This document shows positions 36,879 through 49,209 of a stretch of 64,000 nt of DNA, piece by piece (the stretch's first letter is position 1; every line of letters begins with the position of its first letter). The notes under the pieces are model-generated. The model made no database searches. It was not told the DNA's origin and was given only the letters and a program-made list of their open reading frames with translations. Source of the DNA: Chrysomallon squamiferum (lineage: Eukaryota > Animalia > Mollusca); contig CM022676.1 of assembly GCA_012295275.1 (NCBI GenBank), positions 13,144,001 through 13,208,000 of the forward strand, in the 5' to 3' direction. The position numbers and the translations under genes are program-made.

Positions 36879-39099
36879 ATATTTTTACTTTTTTTTTTTT
36901 TTTTTTTTTTTATTGTGTTATTTATTAAAGGTTATGCATTATCCATTCTTCATTTTGTTTTCTTTCTAAATTAAAATTATATTATTATTACAAAATATGT
37001 TCTGCTAATATTGCAAACAGAGCAATATCTGATAGCTATATTAATGATGTTTAAGCCTTTGAGAGCAAGCTGCTCTTCTACAAGATATTAACTATAATTG
37101 AGCCTTCAAATCTAGTTAAATTCTTTAGACTGCTTATAAAGATACAACAGGAATAGTATGGCAGCTGTTTTGTTCTAATTTTAAATAAAACGATTTTTTG
37201 ACATTTCATTTTGATAAAATCTATTTATTTTTAAAAATTTTATATGAAAGGAAAAGTATTAATTAAAAAACAAAATATATATATATTGGTTGGCAAGGGT
37301 GTTCTTGTACAGTTTTTTCTTTTTCTTCTTCTTCTTTTTTTTTTTTTGGGGTGTAATTATTTTGTATATAATGTAACTTACTTATAGGCCATCATCGAAA
37401 ATATTAAAACACACAAGGAATATGACCATGTCACAATTAAAAATTCAAAACGAGTAACATTTTGTTTTGTACTATACAGTGATACAGTAACGTATACATA
37501 TGAACTTATACACTATACAGTATAGTGTATAGATCTCGTTTAATTTTTATTGATTTATTTATTATTTTAATTATTGATTTAATTGTTTTGGGGTTTTTTT
37601 GGCAATCAAATTTATTTCCATCTGCTGTATAAAAACGGAAAAATATTTTTAATGAAAAAAAAAAAGTGATCGATTTACAAATCAAAGTGATTTTACACAT
37701 ATTTACACTTGCAGTAACAGCATATATTCAGCATACATAATACAATCGTCACTGCCCTCCGAGTCGCCCAGTCGATAATCATAATGTCAACAAAATAAAC
37801 CACTAATTCTTTAATTTTTCATGTATCGAAGGTTTATATTTTCCAGCTTTGTTACTGATATTTTAAATAAAGACAAAATAAAACATGAAAACAACGTAAA
37901 GAAAGAAACAGAAACATAAATACAAATTACATACCACGACTGGTTTTCTTAGCTCTTTACTCAGCCGATCCTCGACAAAATAAATTGGCTTTTTCCTTGT
38001 GACCTTCACCTTGCACCCAATTAGTTATGCATTGTCGGCTCAGTCTGTGTGCAATATTACTTAAATGTTTGATCTTTTAGTATAATCTCAGCACCGAAAG
38101 CAGTGATTTTACTAGTCAAATTGGTGTGTGATCTATTCGATCCAGTGATCAACACCGAGAAAATTCTACTTAGGTTTGTGAATATGTATAATTTATAGGA
38201 ACAAGGGCTAAAAACTATACAAATTTGAATAATTTTAGTAAATGAACAAGTAAAATCACAGTGGAATACAGATGAACTACCAAATTGTATATTAAGAACT
38301 AAAGTTTGCCTTGAACTTGAACTTGAGAATAATGAACGTGCTAATTAGAGCACGCTATTGTGAAGCACGTCTACGACGGGCACGCTTTCTGACAGGTCAG
38401 CAGGCGTGTCCGTCGCAGAAAAGAGTTTTGGGTAAGGAAAGAGATTGGGTTCTCGTTACGATTGCAGGACACAAAGGACTTTCCAGCATTTCGGATCGTA
38501 ACGAGTCGGTTCCGATGTTTCGTAGACGTTATCCACTCCTTGCTGTTTCCAGCACTTGTCTTGCTCGCTGAATGTCTCGTATTCGTCACCGGGTCCGTGT
38601 TGGTTGCGTCCTGTTTGTTTGTTCTGTTCTCGGCTGTTGTTGATGTTTCCTTGTTCTTTTTGGCTGCTTCCTTCTGATCCAACACTTCCGAACTTTTTTT
38701 TTTTTTTTTGGCCAATGGTCTTTTTATTGATTTAAAAGATGCTATAAACACCTGCAACTAAAAAGAATAAGAACATGAATGTAGTTAACTTATTTACATT
38801 TTTTTTTTTTTTATTTTTTTATTTGGCCAAATACCTTTTAAATGATTTAAAAGATGCTATAAACACCTGAATAAGAACATGAATGTTGTTAACTTATTTA
38901 CATTTATTATGTACATTTAAAAAAAAAAATAACAGCGTTAGTATTGTCTGAAAATAAGTACGTATGGTACGTTTGGTTTAGTTTTTAATTATTAATTTAA
39001 TTGGCTATTCAAATTGATCCGTCAGTCAGCCGATCCATCCATAGATCCATCGGCTGTTCAACCGATCAATCTGTAAGTCAATAAATTCATTCAATTGTT

Positions 39100-41850
39100 G
39101 TTTGGTTTTGTGTCAAAATGTTTTGGAGCGTGAACTCGATTTTTAGTTCCTCGAATGTGTTGCGTAGTGCTTCTCTTTTCTTGGCGAAATTTTGACAGTG
39201 AAGCAAGTACTGTTTCATTTAGGAGAGTCCACAGCTGCAGTTGGGTGATGTGATATTTGTATCTGATTGCATTTAAGTTGCTCTAGTAACCAATTCTGAC
39301 TTTGGTGAGATTGTTGTGTAGTTTGTTTGCGAGTGTGATTTTGGGTGTTTTGGTGAGTGGTTTGATGTTCAAGTGCCATTTGTTTTTGGTGTTGTTCCAT
39401 TTTTTTTGTAACTGTTTGTCGTAGTGTTTGACTGCGATGGAGATACTTTCATTTATTCCGTAGTGTATGTCGGTGCAGATGTCTTCGTCTTTAATGTTGA
39501 GTGACTCTTTGTGTAACGGTCGGCAAGTTCGTTGCCGATGATGCCGACGTGTGCTGGGAGCCACTCGATGATTAGTTGTTTGTTGTTGTTTAGTATGTCT
39601 TCGTGTAGATGTTGTATTCTGCTGAGTAGGTCTGGTCTGCTGGAATGTCTCGATTGCATGGAAGTGACGGAACTTAGGCTGTCCGAGAATATGACTGTGT
39701 GTTTGTTGTTGTTGTGTTTCACCCACAGCATGGTTCTGATGATGGCGACCAGTTCGGCCGTGTATACCGAAAGGTGATTTCTGATACGGCTGAATTGTAT
39801 GCATGTGGGTTTGTTTGTGTGATCTTGGGCTATGAAGGCGAATCCTACTCTCCTGTTGTCTGGGTTTTTGGATCCGTTGGTGTAGATGTGCGTGTGTTGT
39901 TTGTAGTGGTCGTTTACTGCTGCTAGAAATAGCTTTTTTGAATGGTGGGAACTCTGTTTTGATCAGGAAAGGTGTGTCTATTGCTGGTTTTGTTTGTGGT
40001 ATGCCGGCAGTGATATTTCCCCTATTCCTGTTTCCCTTTCGATTTCGCAGGCTGTTGTCGGGAAATTCGATAGTAGTAGACTATGCGATTTGAAGAGTTG
40101 TCCTATTCTTTGTTGGTCGGGGACCAGATCCTTGACTATTTCAGTAGCTGCAGCTTTCTTCTGTATTTAAGTGGTTGGATGCTGTTATGTTTGGCAGGTG
40201 GCCGATTACTCTGAGGGCGCTGGATTGAATTACGTCTAGCTTTTTAAAGAGTGTTCGGGAGAATTCGAGTAAGCCATGGCTCCATAGTCGAGCCTGGAGA
40301 GAATACACGCTCTGTATATCAAAATTAGCGTTGACTCGTTTGCTCCCCAACTGGTTCCAGAAATTAGCTTTAGATGATTGAGTGTTTTTGTGCAGTTTGC
40401 AATTATGTTGTGTATGTGGCATCGGAAGTTGAGTTGGCTGTCGAATGTCACACCTAAAAATTTGAATGTTTTGGTTTGTGTTATGACGTTGTTGTCGATG
40501 TTTAGTGTGATTTTGTTGTTGTCTGTTTTTTTGTTGAAAAGGAAGCATGTCGTTTTCGAAAGAGAAATCATTATACCCCATTTCAACGCCCAGTCGTTTA
40601 CGTAGTTTAGGTCTTTTTGTATTTGTTTCTGTATTGCTGCGGTCGATCTGCCTGCACACCAAAAGGCGCAGTCGTATGCAAAGAGTGCTGTGTTTATTGG
40701 TTCGGTTGGTGGATTTTTTATGTTGTCGTGTTTGTCGAGCGCTGTGACGATGTCGTTGATGTAGATGTTGAAGAGTGTTGGCGAGATCACGGATCCTTGT
40801 GGAATGTCGTTTTCGACTGTCATTTCCTAAAAGATTGGTTGATTGATGTTTGCAGGCGTGTGATCTGGTCGTTTGTGCTGTGTTTCTTCCTGAAGCCGCT
40901 TTGATATTTGCTGATTAAATTGTTGTCGTTTCGATGCTGGCTCAGGTGTGTGTTGATCATCGTTTCCAGTGTTTTGCACATGTGTTACGTCAGCGTGATC
41001 GGCCTGTAGCTGTTGGGTAGTGAGTGATCTTTGTGTGGTTTGGGCAACCTGAAACATTCAGCGTGTTTCCAGTTTGTTGGAATCCTACCTGTGGTCCATA
41101 TTGTTTTACAGAGATCGAGTACGATGAGTATTGTTTCGTCTGGTAGGTGTTATAGTATTCTGTAGCTTATTTTATCTAGCCCCTTGGCTGTACTTTTCTT
41201 GTTTTTGAGGGCATGTTTTAATTCGCTGATGTTGAAGAGTTGATTGTATTTCATGTGTTCTGTGTCTGCGATGTCCTTACTTGTGAATGTCAGGCCAGCT
41301 GGTTTTACTCTATGAAATTTTCGAGGATGATTCCAGGGCTGTCGTCTGTCGAGCCACCCCCATAAGTGTTGTGACAGTTGAAATCGCCGACTATAATGAG
41401 CTTGTTGTTTGTTGCTATCATTTTGTTTAAGTCGTGGGTTTGAATGGTGTGTAGTGCGGGAGTGGGTGGGCTGTATACGTTAATTATGTCGATGTTTTGA
41501 TTGTTGTTGTGTACTGTGATGCTTAATATTTCTACGTTGGCGTGGACGTTGCCTTGGTTCAGCTTGGTGTGTGGAATGTCTTGTTTGACGAGTGTCATGA
41601 TGCCTCCCCGGGTGCTTTTGAATCTGTTAACGTAATGACTTTGATACCCGGGAACATTAAAGGATTTTGTTGTTTTGTTGTGGTGTCCTAGCCATGTTTC
41701 TTGTACACATATTACGTCTGGTGTGTTTCCAGTGGAGGCCAGGAAGTGTACGAGTTCCACTCCGTGGCCTGCTGAGTCGAGGCCTTTAGCGTTCCATTGA
41801 AGAGTGGAGAGGCCTGTGTTATTGGTGTGCTTGTCGTGAAAAGTGTGTAA
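39100..41850 (-). pseudogene. LINE ORF2 (APE endonuclease, RT, RNase H), broken and internally deleted
   Basis: LQWNAKGL, DVICVQETW, IIVGDFNCH; PQGSVISPTLFNIY, ALFAYDCAF, FKFLGVTFD; VIFSDSLS, WLPAHVGIIGNELADR. Confidence 0.9.
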
Positions 41851-41887
41851 ATGGTTGGTACTGTTTGGTGTTGTGTTTTTTTTTTTT

Positions 41888-43338
41888 TCATTGTTGTCTT
41901 GTGTTTGTGGGATTTCTCTTGTCTGTGTGTAATTTAAGTCTTTTGTCGTCTGTGGATATCTTGAAGCCCAAGCTGTCTTCATTTATTTGAGTTACCGTAT
42001 GGTCCAAACTGGAGTCGTCAGTGATGTTTCCTTGGTTGTTTCTGATGTTTTGCAGTTCGATGACAATAATTTTGTGTATTTCTGCAAATCTGGCCTCCTT
42101 GTCCAGATTGTGTTTTGGTTTGTTGTTGTGGTGGTCGATTTTCTCAATGTTGGTTTTGGTTTTTTCTTCAATTTTCTGGAATTTTTTGTTAACGTTTCGT
42201 AGAAATTTTTTCTCTTCTGTTGTTCGAAGTTGTTGCTCGCTGTTATTTTCGATGGACACATTTTGTAATGCATGTGATGCATGTGGACCCTGGCAATTCG
42301 CGCACTTTGCCAGAGAACGGCATTGGCTTGAGTTTCTATGGTGATTTCCACCGCAGAAACTGCATGTTAGCGATTTCAGGTTGTGTCTGTGCGTGCACTG
42401 GTTTGCGATGTGACCCCATTTCTGACAGTGGCCGCAAATGGGCAACTGCGGCCTCATTTCTGTCAGTGTGTATCTGTACCCATCAGTGGTGATGGTCGTG
42501 TTTGTTAGTTTGCTGCTAAACATCAGTGTGGTCCAGTATCTTGGATTTCTCCACATTTCCACAGCGACTAATTTAGTTTTGTTTCTTCTATTATTTCTTT
42601 GTTGAACATCTCAAAGAAATCATGCTTGTCCGCATACGGGTAGTAAAAACCCAAATCTTTGGAGATGTATTTGTGAATTGTTGTTTCTTTGGTTTTTGTT
42701 GTTTGGGTTGTTGTTGTGTAATGAGTGTTTGTTTTGCGTGAGCAGTGTTTTTCTGGGTTGTGGTGTGGGTGTTTTCTTTGTTTGTTTGGCGTCAGGGATT
42801 ATTTTTGGTAATACCCTGACAATAATAACTTCATCACAGATAGTTATGCTGGGAACTATAGCTTTTAGTGATTTTGTATCTATTTCGAAATATATTTATT
42901 TTCCATTTTGATATTTGTTAACTTTAGTTGTTTTGTCTATGATATGTATTTGCGCTTCTAACAAATATCGCAACTTTTTTTTCGATGTCTGTGTGGGTTT
43001 TTTTGTGGATCGCGATGGTAGCTCGGCGATCAATATGTTTTGTTTTATTCCTTTTTATTGTTTCCCAAATATTTTGATCGCTTTCGTTTTCGGTGTCTAT
43101 GTCGCGTAGCCTCGCCAATATGTGTTAGTATCTGTTAATGATTTTTTTGTTCCGTTGTTTCCTCCAAGTAAGAATGTGTGTGGTAGGATATGTTGTCGTT
43201 TCTCTTTTTTTGTCTCCTGTTACTACTGTTTTTTTCTACGGAGCTAGGGCTCCTGTCCCTCGGTCGTTTAGGAACTGTAGTTTCCATATCTGAGTCATCA
43301 GTCACGGTGCTGTATGTTTGTGTGTGTTTGGTTGCCAT
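41888..43338 (-). pseudogene. LINE ORF1 (gag-like), frameshifted
   Basis: CGHCQKWGHIANQC, CSFCGGNHHRNSSQC and CANCQGPH zinc knuckles. Confidence 0.85.
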
Positions 43339-43754
43339 TGAGTAGTGTAATTGTTTTGTTTGTTTTTGTTTTATGTGGGGTTTCTTTTTTGTTTTTTTAA
43401 ATAGTTCGATTTTAAATATATAGACAAGTCTATATTAATTTTAAAAAGTCTAAAGCTATCGTAACTCACTTTGAGACAGAGATAAAGATAAAAGGTATAT
43501 TTGTTATTTAAGATACCGGAAAGTAAAAGACAAAAGAAGAACAAACAGTAAAAAAGAAAAAAGAAAAGTAATAAGAGTAACAATAATACAAATACCTACA
43601 AATAATATAAATAAGAAACTAAGTCTAAATAAATGAAGAAAATGATACGGTATCTTTAGTTTCTGAATTCCGCTCAGCAAGCTTCTCTTCCGGGCTTACA
43701 CCATGTCGAGGTCGACCATCATGGCGGCGAGTCTTGTGAGAATGAAGTTTGCCT

Positions 43755-45600
43755 GGATGTGATGTTCTTATATATGTATCATGCATTAATCTTAAAAGGT
43801 TTTAAGATCCTCCTGTCTAATCAATTTCCGATCTTTTTTAATCCACTTCCGATCCAAGCTAGGTTAAATCTGTGGTATTACATAAACTACCTGCTATAAA
43901 CTGACATTTCCTGTTAAAGGAATATACCTATCATTTCTCGTGATTCTCTTATCTTATGCAAACTTTCTAGATTTTATTTATTACAGAACAGCGTCACAAA
44001 GGAGGAATTCTTACCGTTGTTAAAAATACTAACAGTCAAGAACTAGAGCTTACTGTGAACAGCTGCTATAAAGATGTACACACCCAACTAACGGCCAGTG
44101 GACTACTTCTGGTTGGATATTTCAAAAGGGTTTCTCACCCAGTTAGGGGTACACTACACTGGACAAAAGTGGCAGTTAAATAGAAGACTGGATGATAGAC
44201 AACAATCTAATTCTGAGCAAAAATCCAAATGTCAAGCCAACCATATTTTTCAAAATCGTAGATGACAACAAACAAATCAGATACTGTCATCGCCACAGAT
44301 GACATCTAAAGAATTTGTCAACGACAGGTAATTGACCTATTAGATGGGAGTGATCATCTACCTGCTGTCTACACACTCAATATACTGGCAACCAAAAACA
44401 AATCACTTCAGTGGAACGACATACAACTAAAACTTATCAAATGACACATATTCAAAGACCCCAGAAACAAGCTCTGCCAGGAAGCTGATGGCCAAAAGAT
44501 AAGGCATCAGTGAAGCCATCTGCACGTGAGCAATTAGAAAGAAACACTAAAATAGAACATAAACAAAGCAAGAGTCTACAATCAAGAGAAACTATAAAGC
44601 TCTGGAAACTGACAAAAGAATTCAGTGAGGACATCCAGTCAAAGTCAAAAGCAACCGGCCATCTTGAAAGACAATGACCAGACCTATAACACACTGAACT
44701 TCACCAGAGAAAACAGCAAAAGTAAGAAAAAATACCAAGAAGTTATGAAACAAACAACTAATTCTACCACGACGTATCCCTAATCTTACAGACTCCATCA
44801 CAAGGTCAAAGAAGAAAGAAATCTTCAGGTAAAGATGGGATATCAAATAAAATAATGGACATCAACAAAATAGCCAAAGAGAAGGTATTGATGATCTTCA
44901 AGCAGTCCTGGAAAAGTGAAATGGATTCCCAGAAAAGATGAGTACTATTTGTTCACCTTACAAAACCTTTTGAAAAGGTATATAAAGCTTTTGAAAATAA
45001 AATAAAACAAAACAAAAACTATATCAAAGAATCCATGATTGGTTTCAAAGCTACTTATTTCAGAGAAAGACACACAAACAGTCTGGTAAAATAAAAAGGG
45101 AGTCGCACAAGGAAGTCTCATTTCGCCAACTTTAATCGCCATCTCTCAATACACATCTCAAAAGCTATCTTTGCTGAAACTCTGGCTCTATGGGCAGCCT
45201 CTGAACAATCAACACAGCAAACATCAGCATACAGGATGCCATGAATATATCTCTGAGTTGACAGAAGAGTGGATGGTCACTATCCAAAAAAAAATTAAAA
45301 TTAAAAATTAAAATAAAATAAATAAATATATAAATAAAATAGAAACTGGCCATCTGTTTTTCCCTCTCAACAAAGAAAGAATAATGTAATGGAAATAAGG
45401 GTGGAAAAGGTATAGTTGTCATAAAGAAGTTATCTGGCACAAAATGTAAAGCAAATAATCAGATCCTCACTCAAGCCTATTCGACCACATCTAGATTCTG
45501 CTTCCACAGCAATAAAAAACAACAAGTAAATGTGGTAAAAATATAAAATGTGAGCATGTGTGAGCCATGGATATATCTACGAGAAACTTTAGGGAAAATG
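43755..45600 (+). mobile_element. Older, highly degenerate APE-RT LINE remnant
   Basis: KGGILTVVKN (~43998), GSDHLPAV (~44346), KGVAQGSLISPTL (~45096). Confidence 0.65.
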
Positions 45601-45689
45601 ACATCCCTTTGACGGCCAGCGGATTTCCTGATGAGAATACGACTGGAATTCAGAGTATGTCTTTGTGAATGAGGAAGAAGAAGAAACCA

Positions 45690-45960
45690 CTTCGAATTAC
45701 AATTAATCATTTGTTTTATAGATGTACTTTTTAAAGCTAGTATGAAATTATATATATTTATCATTTTAATACGTTCGTTTTTAAATATTTGGGTTATTAA
45801 ACTATTTTTCAATTTTTCCAAACCGCTATACCATACATTTATAGAAAAATAAGTATTTAGTTGGGGTTGTGTGGCAATGTTTCTTTTGGCTATATTTAAG
45901 CATTATTAAAGATTGTAAAATTTTATTCTTCATAGTACGGTTATTCTTCCAGTAGACTAA
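45690..45960 (-). mobile_element. L1/Tx1-like LINE ORF2 fragment
   Basis: EKLKNSLITQIFKNERIKMINIYNFILALKSTSIK resembles the Tx1 post-RT GGLxMIN..FI.ALK motif. Confidence 0.55.
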
Positions 45961-46799
45961 ATTTTTTTTTTTTTATATTTATTTCTATCTAAATGCACTG
46001 AAAATATGTTGCTAATGAGCCGAAACAACTAGCAGAAATTGTAAGCGATCTGCCGTAACAAAACTATTTATATCTGACCATTAGCATTAGCGGGCTGCTA
46101 ACACATTTCCATGGAACTAACCATCAGTCTGTCAGTTATAATACAAAGCATATTTCAATGAATCAGGCCTAAGTTTGGATACCAAATTGGTGAAACGGTC
46201 CAATATAAAGATATTAGTTAATTTTGTGTGATGTATGAAAGGTTCGAAAAAGCTGGTTAGACATTCTACATCGGTAGTTAAGTTTAAATTAAAATATTTT
46301 CAGGCCTGGTTTTCTTTCATTATCATTTGGAGTAGTTTATTAGGTTTCCATAACAATGGTTAAATCAAGATCCTTTTTTATTTATTCTTTTTTTTTAAAT
46401 TTTAATTTGTAACTTAACAACAAATTTTACGTAAGACTACAGTGAAAACTGGTTTTCTTAGGGACGTTTCTAAGCAAAGCAGTAAAAATTACTTTAAGAC
46501 AATATAAACAGATTTGCAAGATGGCTTTGTTCAGTTCTGTAATCTGAATCTTTTCATATTATCATGCAACCGTTTATACTTTTTATTTATATCTGCGTTA
46601 GTTTTAGGTTCATTATACCAGAATATACAATTACTCTAAACTGGCCCGTTTATAATGGTTATAGAAAGCAACTTAATTATATTATACTATATCGTATACA
46701 TGGGAAATGAACCATTTGGATAGAATAGGGGTAGGCAATCTACGGCCTGCGGACTAAATGCAACAATTTACAGAGGGGGGCATTAGGAAGTGGTGTCAA

Positions 46800-47523
46800 G
46801 AGATCATAACTGAACGAATATAAGCATCAAAACACCTAAAGAAAGCTGGAAGAGCCTATATCCAATGCTTTAACAGACTTATGGTAGAAAAACGGTGCAG
46901 AAATCTACGATTACAGAAAGAACAGAGGATTTCTATCAGAGCTATACGACAGTGAACAGATACCCCAATTCGCACCGATTCGAAAGACACACCCAATATA
47001 AAGCCATGGCAGGTTAAAGCAGCGTTAAGAATATGACTATTTAAACAGTGAAACACTAAAGACAACTCGAAGATAGTAATATTCTTCAAAAAAGGAAATA
47101 ATTTTTTTTCAAAAATTACATTTCCATATACTTACTATCAAACATATACAAAAATACTAACAAAGAAACTAGAGAATAAGATGAATTCAGGCATAGGCAC
47201 TCAACGACATACCATAACTAAATCAAATAAAGAAGTAGTGAGAATGCTCTTTTCGTCGACTACTTCAAGGCTTTCAACTCAGTACAGCATTAGGTAATAC
47301 GACTCACTTCAAGTACTATGGCTAGAAGATGTGTATACTGCACTCTTGAAAGCATCTACACGAAGAATTTATCGATGATTCATCTATAATATTATGAAGA
47401 ATACAATATAACACAATACAAATAAAGAGAGGTGTATGAGTGGGAGACACCGTATCACCCAAACTGTTACATCAATACTTGAGAGCATACCTTAGAAACC
47501 TTAACTGGGAAACGAAAGGGGTC
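46800..47523 (+). mobile_element. RTE-clade LINE RT remnant
   Basis: LLSNIYKILT, FVDYFKAFNSV, IKRGV*VGDTVSPKL, RNLNWETKG. Confidence 0.75.
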
Positions 47524-47619
47524 ATTCCATGTCAAATATATATATATATATATATAAGAGGTGTAATATTTTTAGTTTAGCAGTAAAAAACACTTGAAAT
47601 GGTCATACCTGAACATAAA

Positions 47620-47664
<45 letters not shown>

Positions 47665-48631
47665 TATTAATACAAAAACAACAACAACAAAACAACAACT
47701 ACTACTAACAACCAAACAACAAGAAGAAAAAAATGAAAGAAAAAACCCACTTTATTTTGAATTATGCAATAGTTCACTGCGACGGGCATACGAGTTGTGA
47801 TGTTAAACATTTAGCAATGTACATATAACAAAACGTAGTCACATTATACCAATGGTACCCTAATGTTTTAGAAAATAGTGCCAGAGGAAAATATAATTTC
47901 TATTAATTGCATATGATACAAAATGAATCTTGGTTTCCTTGATGATTTGTTACAAATTCTGGGGCGGATGATGGGTGAGTTCCCAATTCTATGGTAAAAT
48001 CCCCCCCCCTAAAAAAATTATAGTTATGATAAATAATTAATAACAATAAAATAAATAAAATAGAAATCTACACATGTTTACCCTCTGATGCTCTGGATGA
48101 TATTCAAACCGAACTGGATGGTTTCCTTATACAGCGGCTATGGCGGCAAGCACTGGCGTTGAGACATCAATGCCAGAAACTTTCAATAGACAAACACTGT
48201 AAATATTTACATATTGTTTCGGAAACTCCCTTATTTAAAGCATAATCCACCTTGAAATTTGATAATACTTATCAGCATGCCTGAATTAATATCTATTTGT
48301 CTATCTTCTTATCTATCTATAACAACAACATCACAAATCCAAATATGTTCATGTGTAAATTTGGTTGAGTCATTTCATTAATATCTAATGCAGTTTAGAC
48401 AACAACAACAACAAAGCAATATAATTGAAATATACATTAACTGTGATTTTTAATATAGTATTTTGTCAGTGACAAGTTAACGAAAATGGCCACAGAACTA
48501 AATAGTTCTTAAACAGAAACGTATTAATTTTGTAAATGAAAGCCTATTTTAAAATCTTCTTTTAACGGCTAAACTAGCAATTAAACACTAATGAAATAAC
48601 TGGAACACTATACCAAGTACTGTGTATCATT

Positions 48632-48700
48632 GAGACGAACTCTCGGGCGCGTCGCGCTCAAAGCTGTGACGTGTTTATCCGCTTCCCGTTACGTCACTAT
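48632..48700. promoter_or_regulatory. Short CpG-dense promoter-like patch
   Basis: gggcgcgtcgcgc, TGACGT and ACGTCA CRE-like half sites and ccgcttcc in otherwise CpG-poor DNA. Confidence 0.3.
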
Positions 48701-49165
48701 TTAAGTCGATTCAAATATGTCTGTCATTTTATGCTAGGGCTCTTGGGTTTTTTTCTTTTACCGTTTGTATGTACGGCTAAATGGTACTTTTTATAGTACC
48801 AGCGAATTCGAAAATTAGCTATCTAAAGGAATGTAAAACAAAATTATTGTTAAATGAGCAAACAAGCCGAAATTGTTTACCCTACGAACAATATCTATTT
48901 AAATGTCCGTCTGAGCTGTTCTCCGCCACAGGATAGTCGGGCTAACATGCCTCATGCATTAATAGTCATTCAGCTAGTAAATGTGGCTGACGAAACACAC
49001 GAAGATGGTCCAGAACGTCGACCAAAATTTCACAGCCACTGTGATATTTTAAATAATAATTCGTTCTAGAGTCAAAACAACAAATAATAACACAATGTCC
49101 AGAACAGAACCTCTTATTTGAAGTTACGAACCACGTACAACAACAACAATAACAATAACAATAAC

Positions 49166-49209
<44 letters not shown>

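Larger units (their letters stand above)
38312..43744 (-). mobile_element. End-to-end I-group (I/Nimb-like) LINE with RNase H, inactivated
   Basis: TSD aagtttgcct at 38302-38311 and 43745-43754; 5' end CATTCTC; 3' (TTCAAG)n tail; ORF1 CCHC knuckles; APE, RT and RNase H motifs. Confidence 0.92.

Noticed and set aside
39532-43109. Plus-strand hydrophobic ORFs overlapping the LINE
   Set aside because: Antisense shadows of the A/C-rich LINE coding strand
46728-46760. hAT-like terminal sequence taggggtaggcaatctacggcctgcgg
   Set aside because: Single short end with no partner TIR or TSD identified
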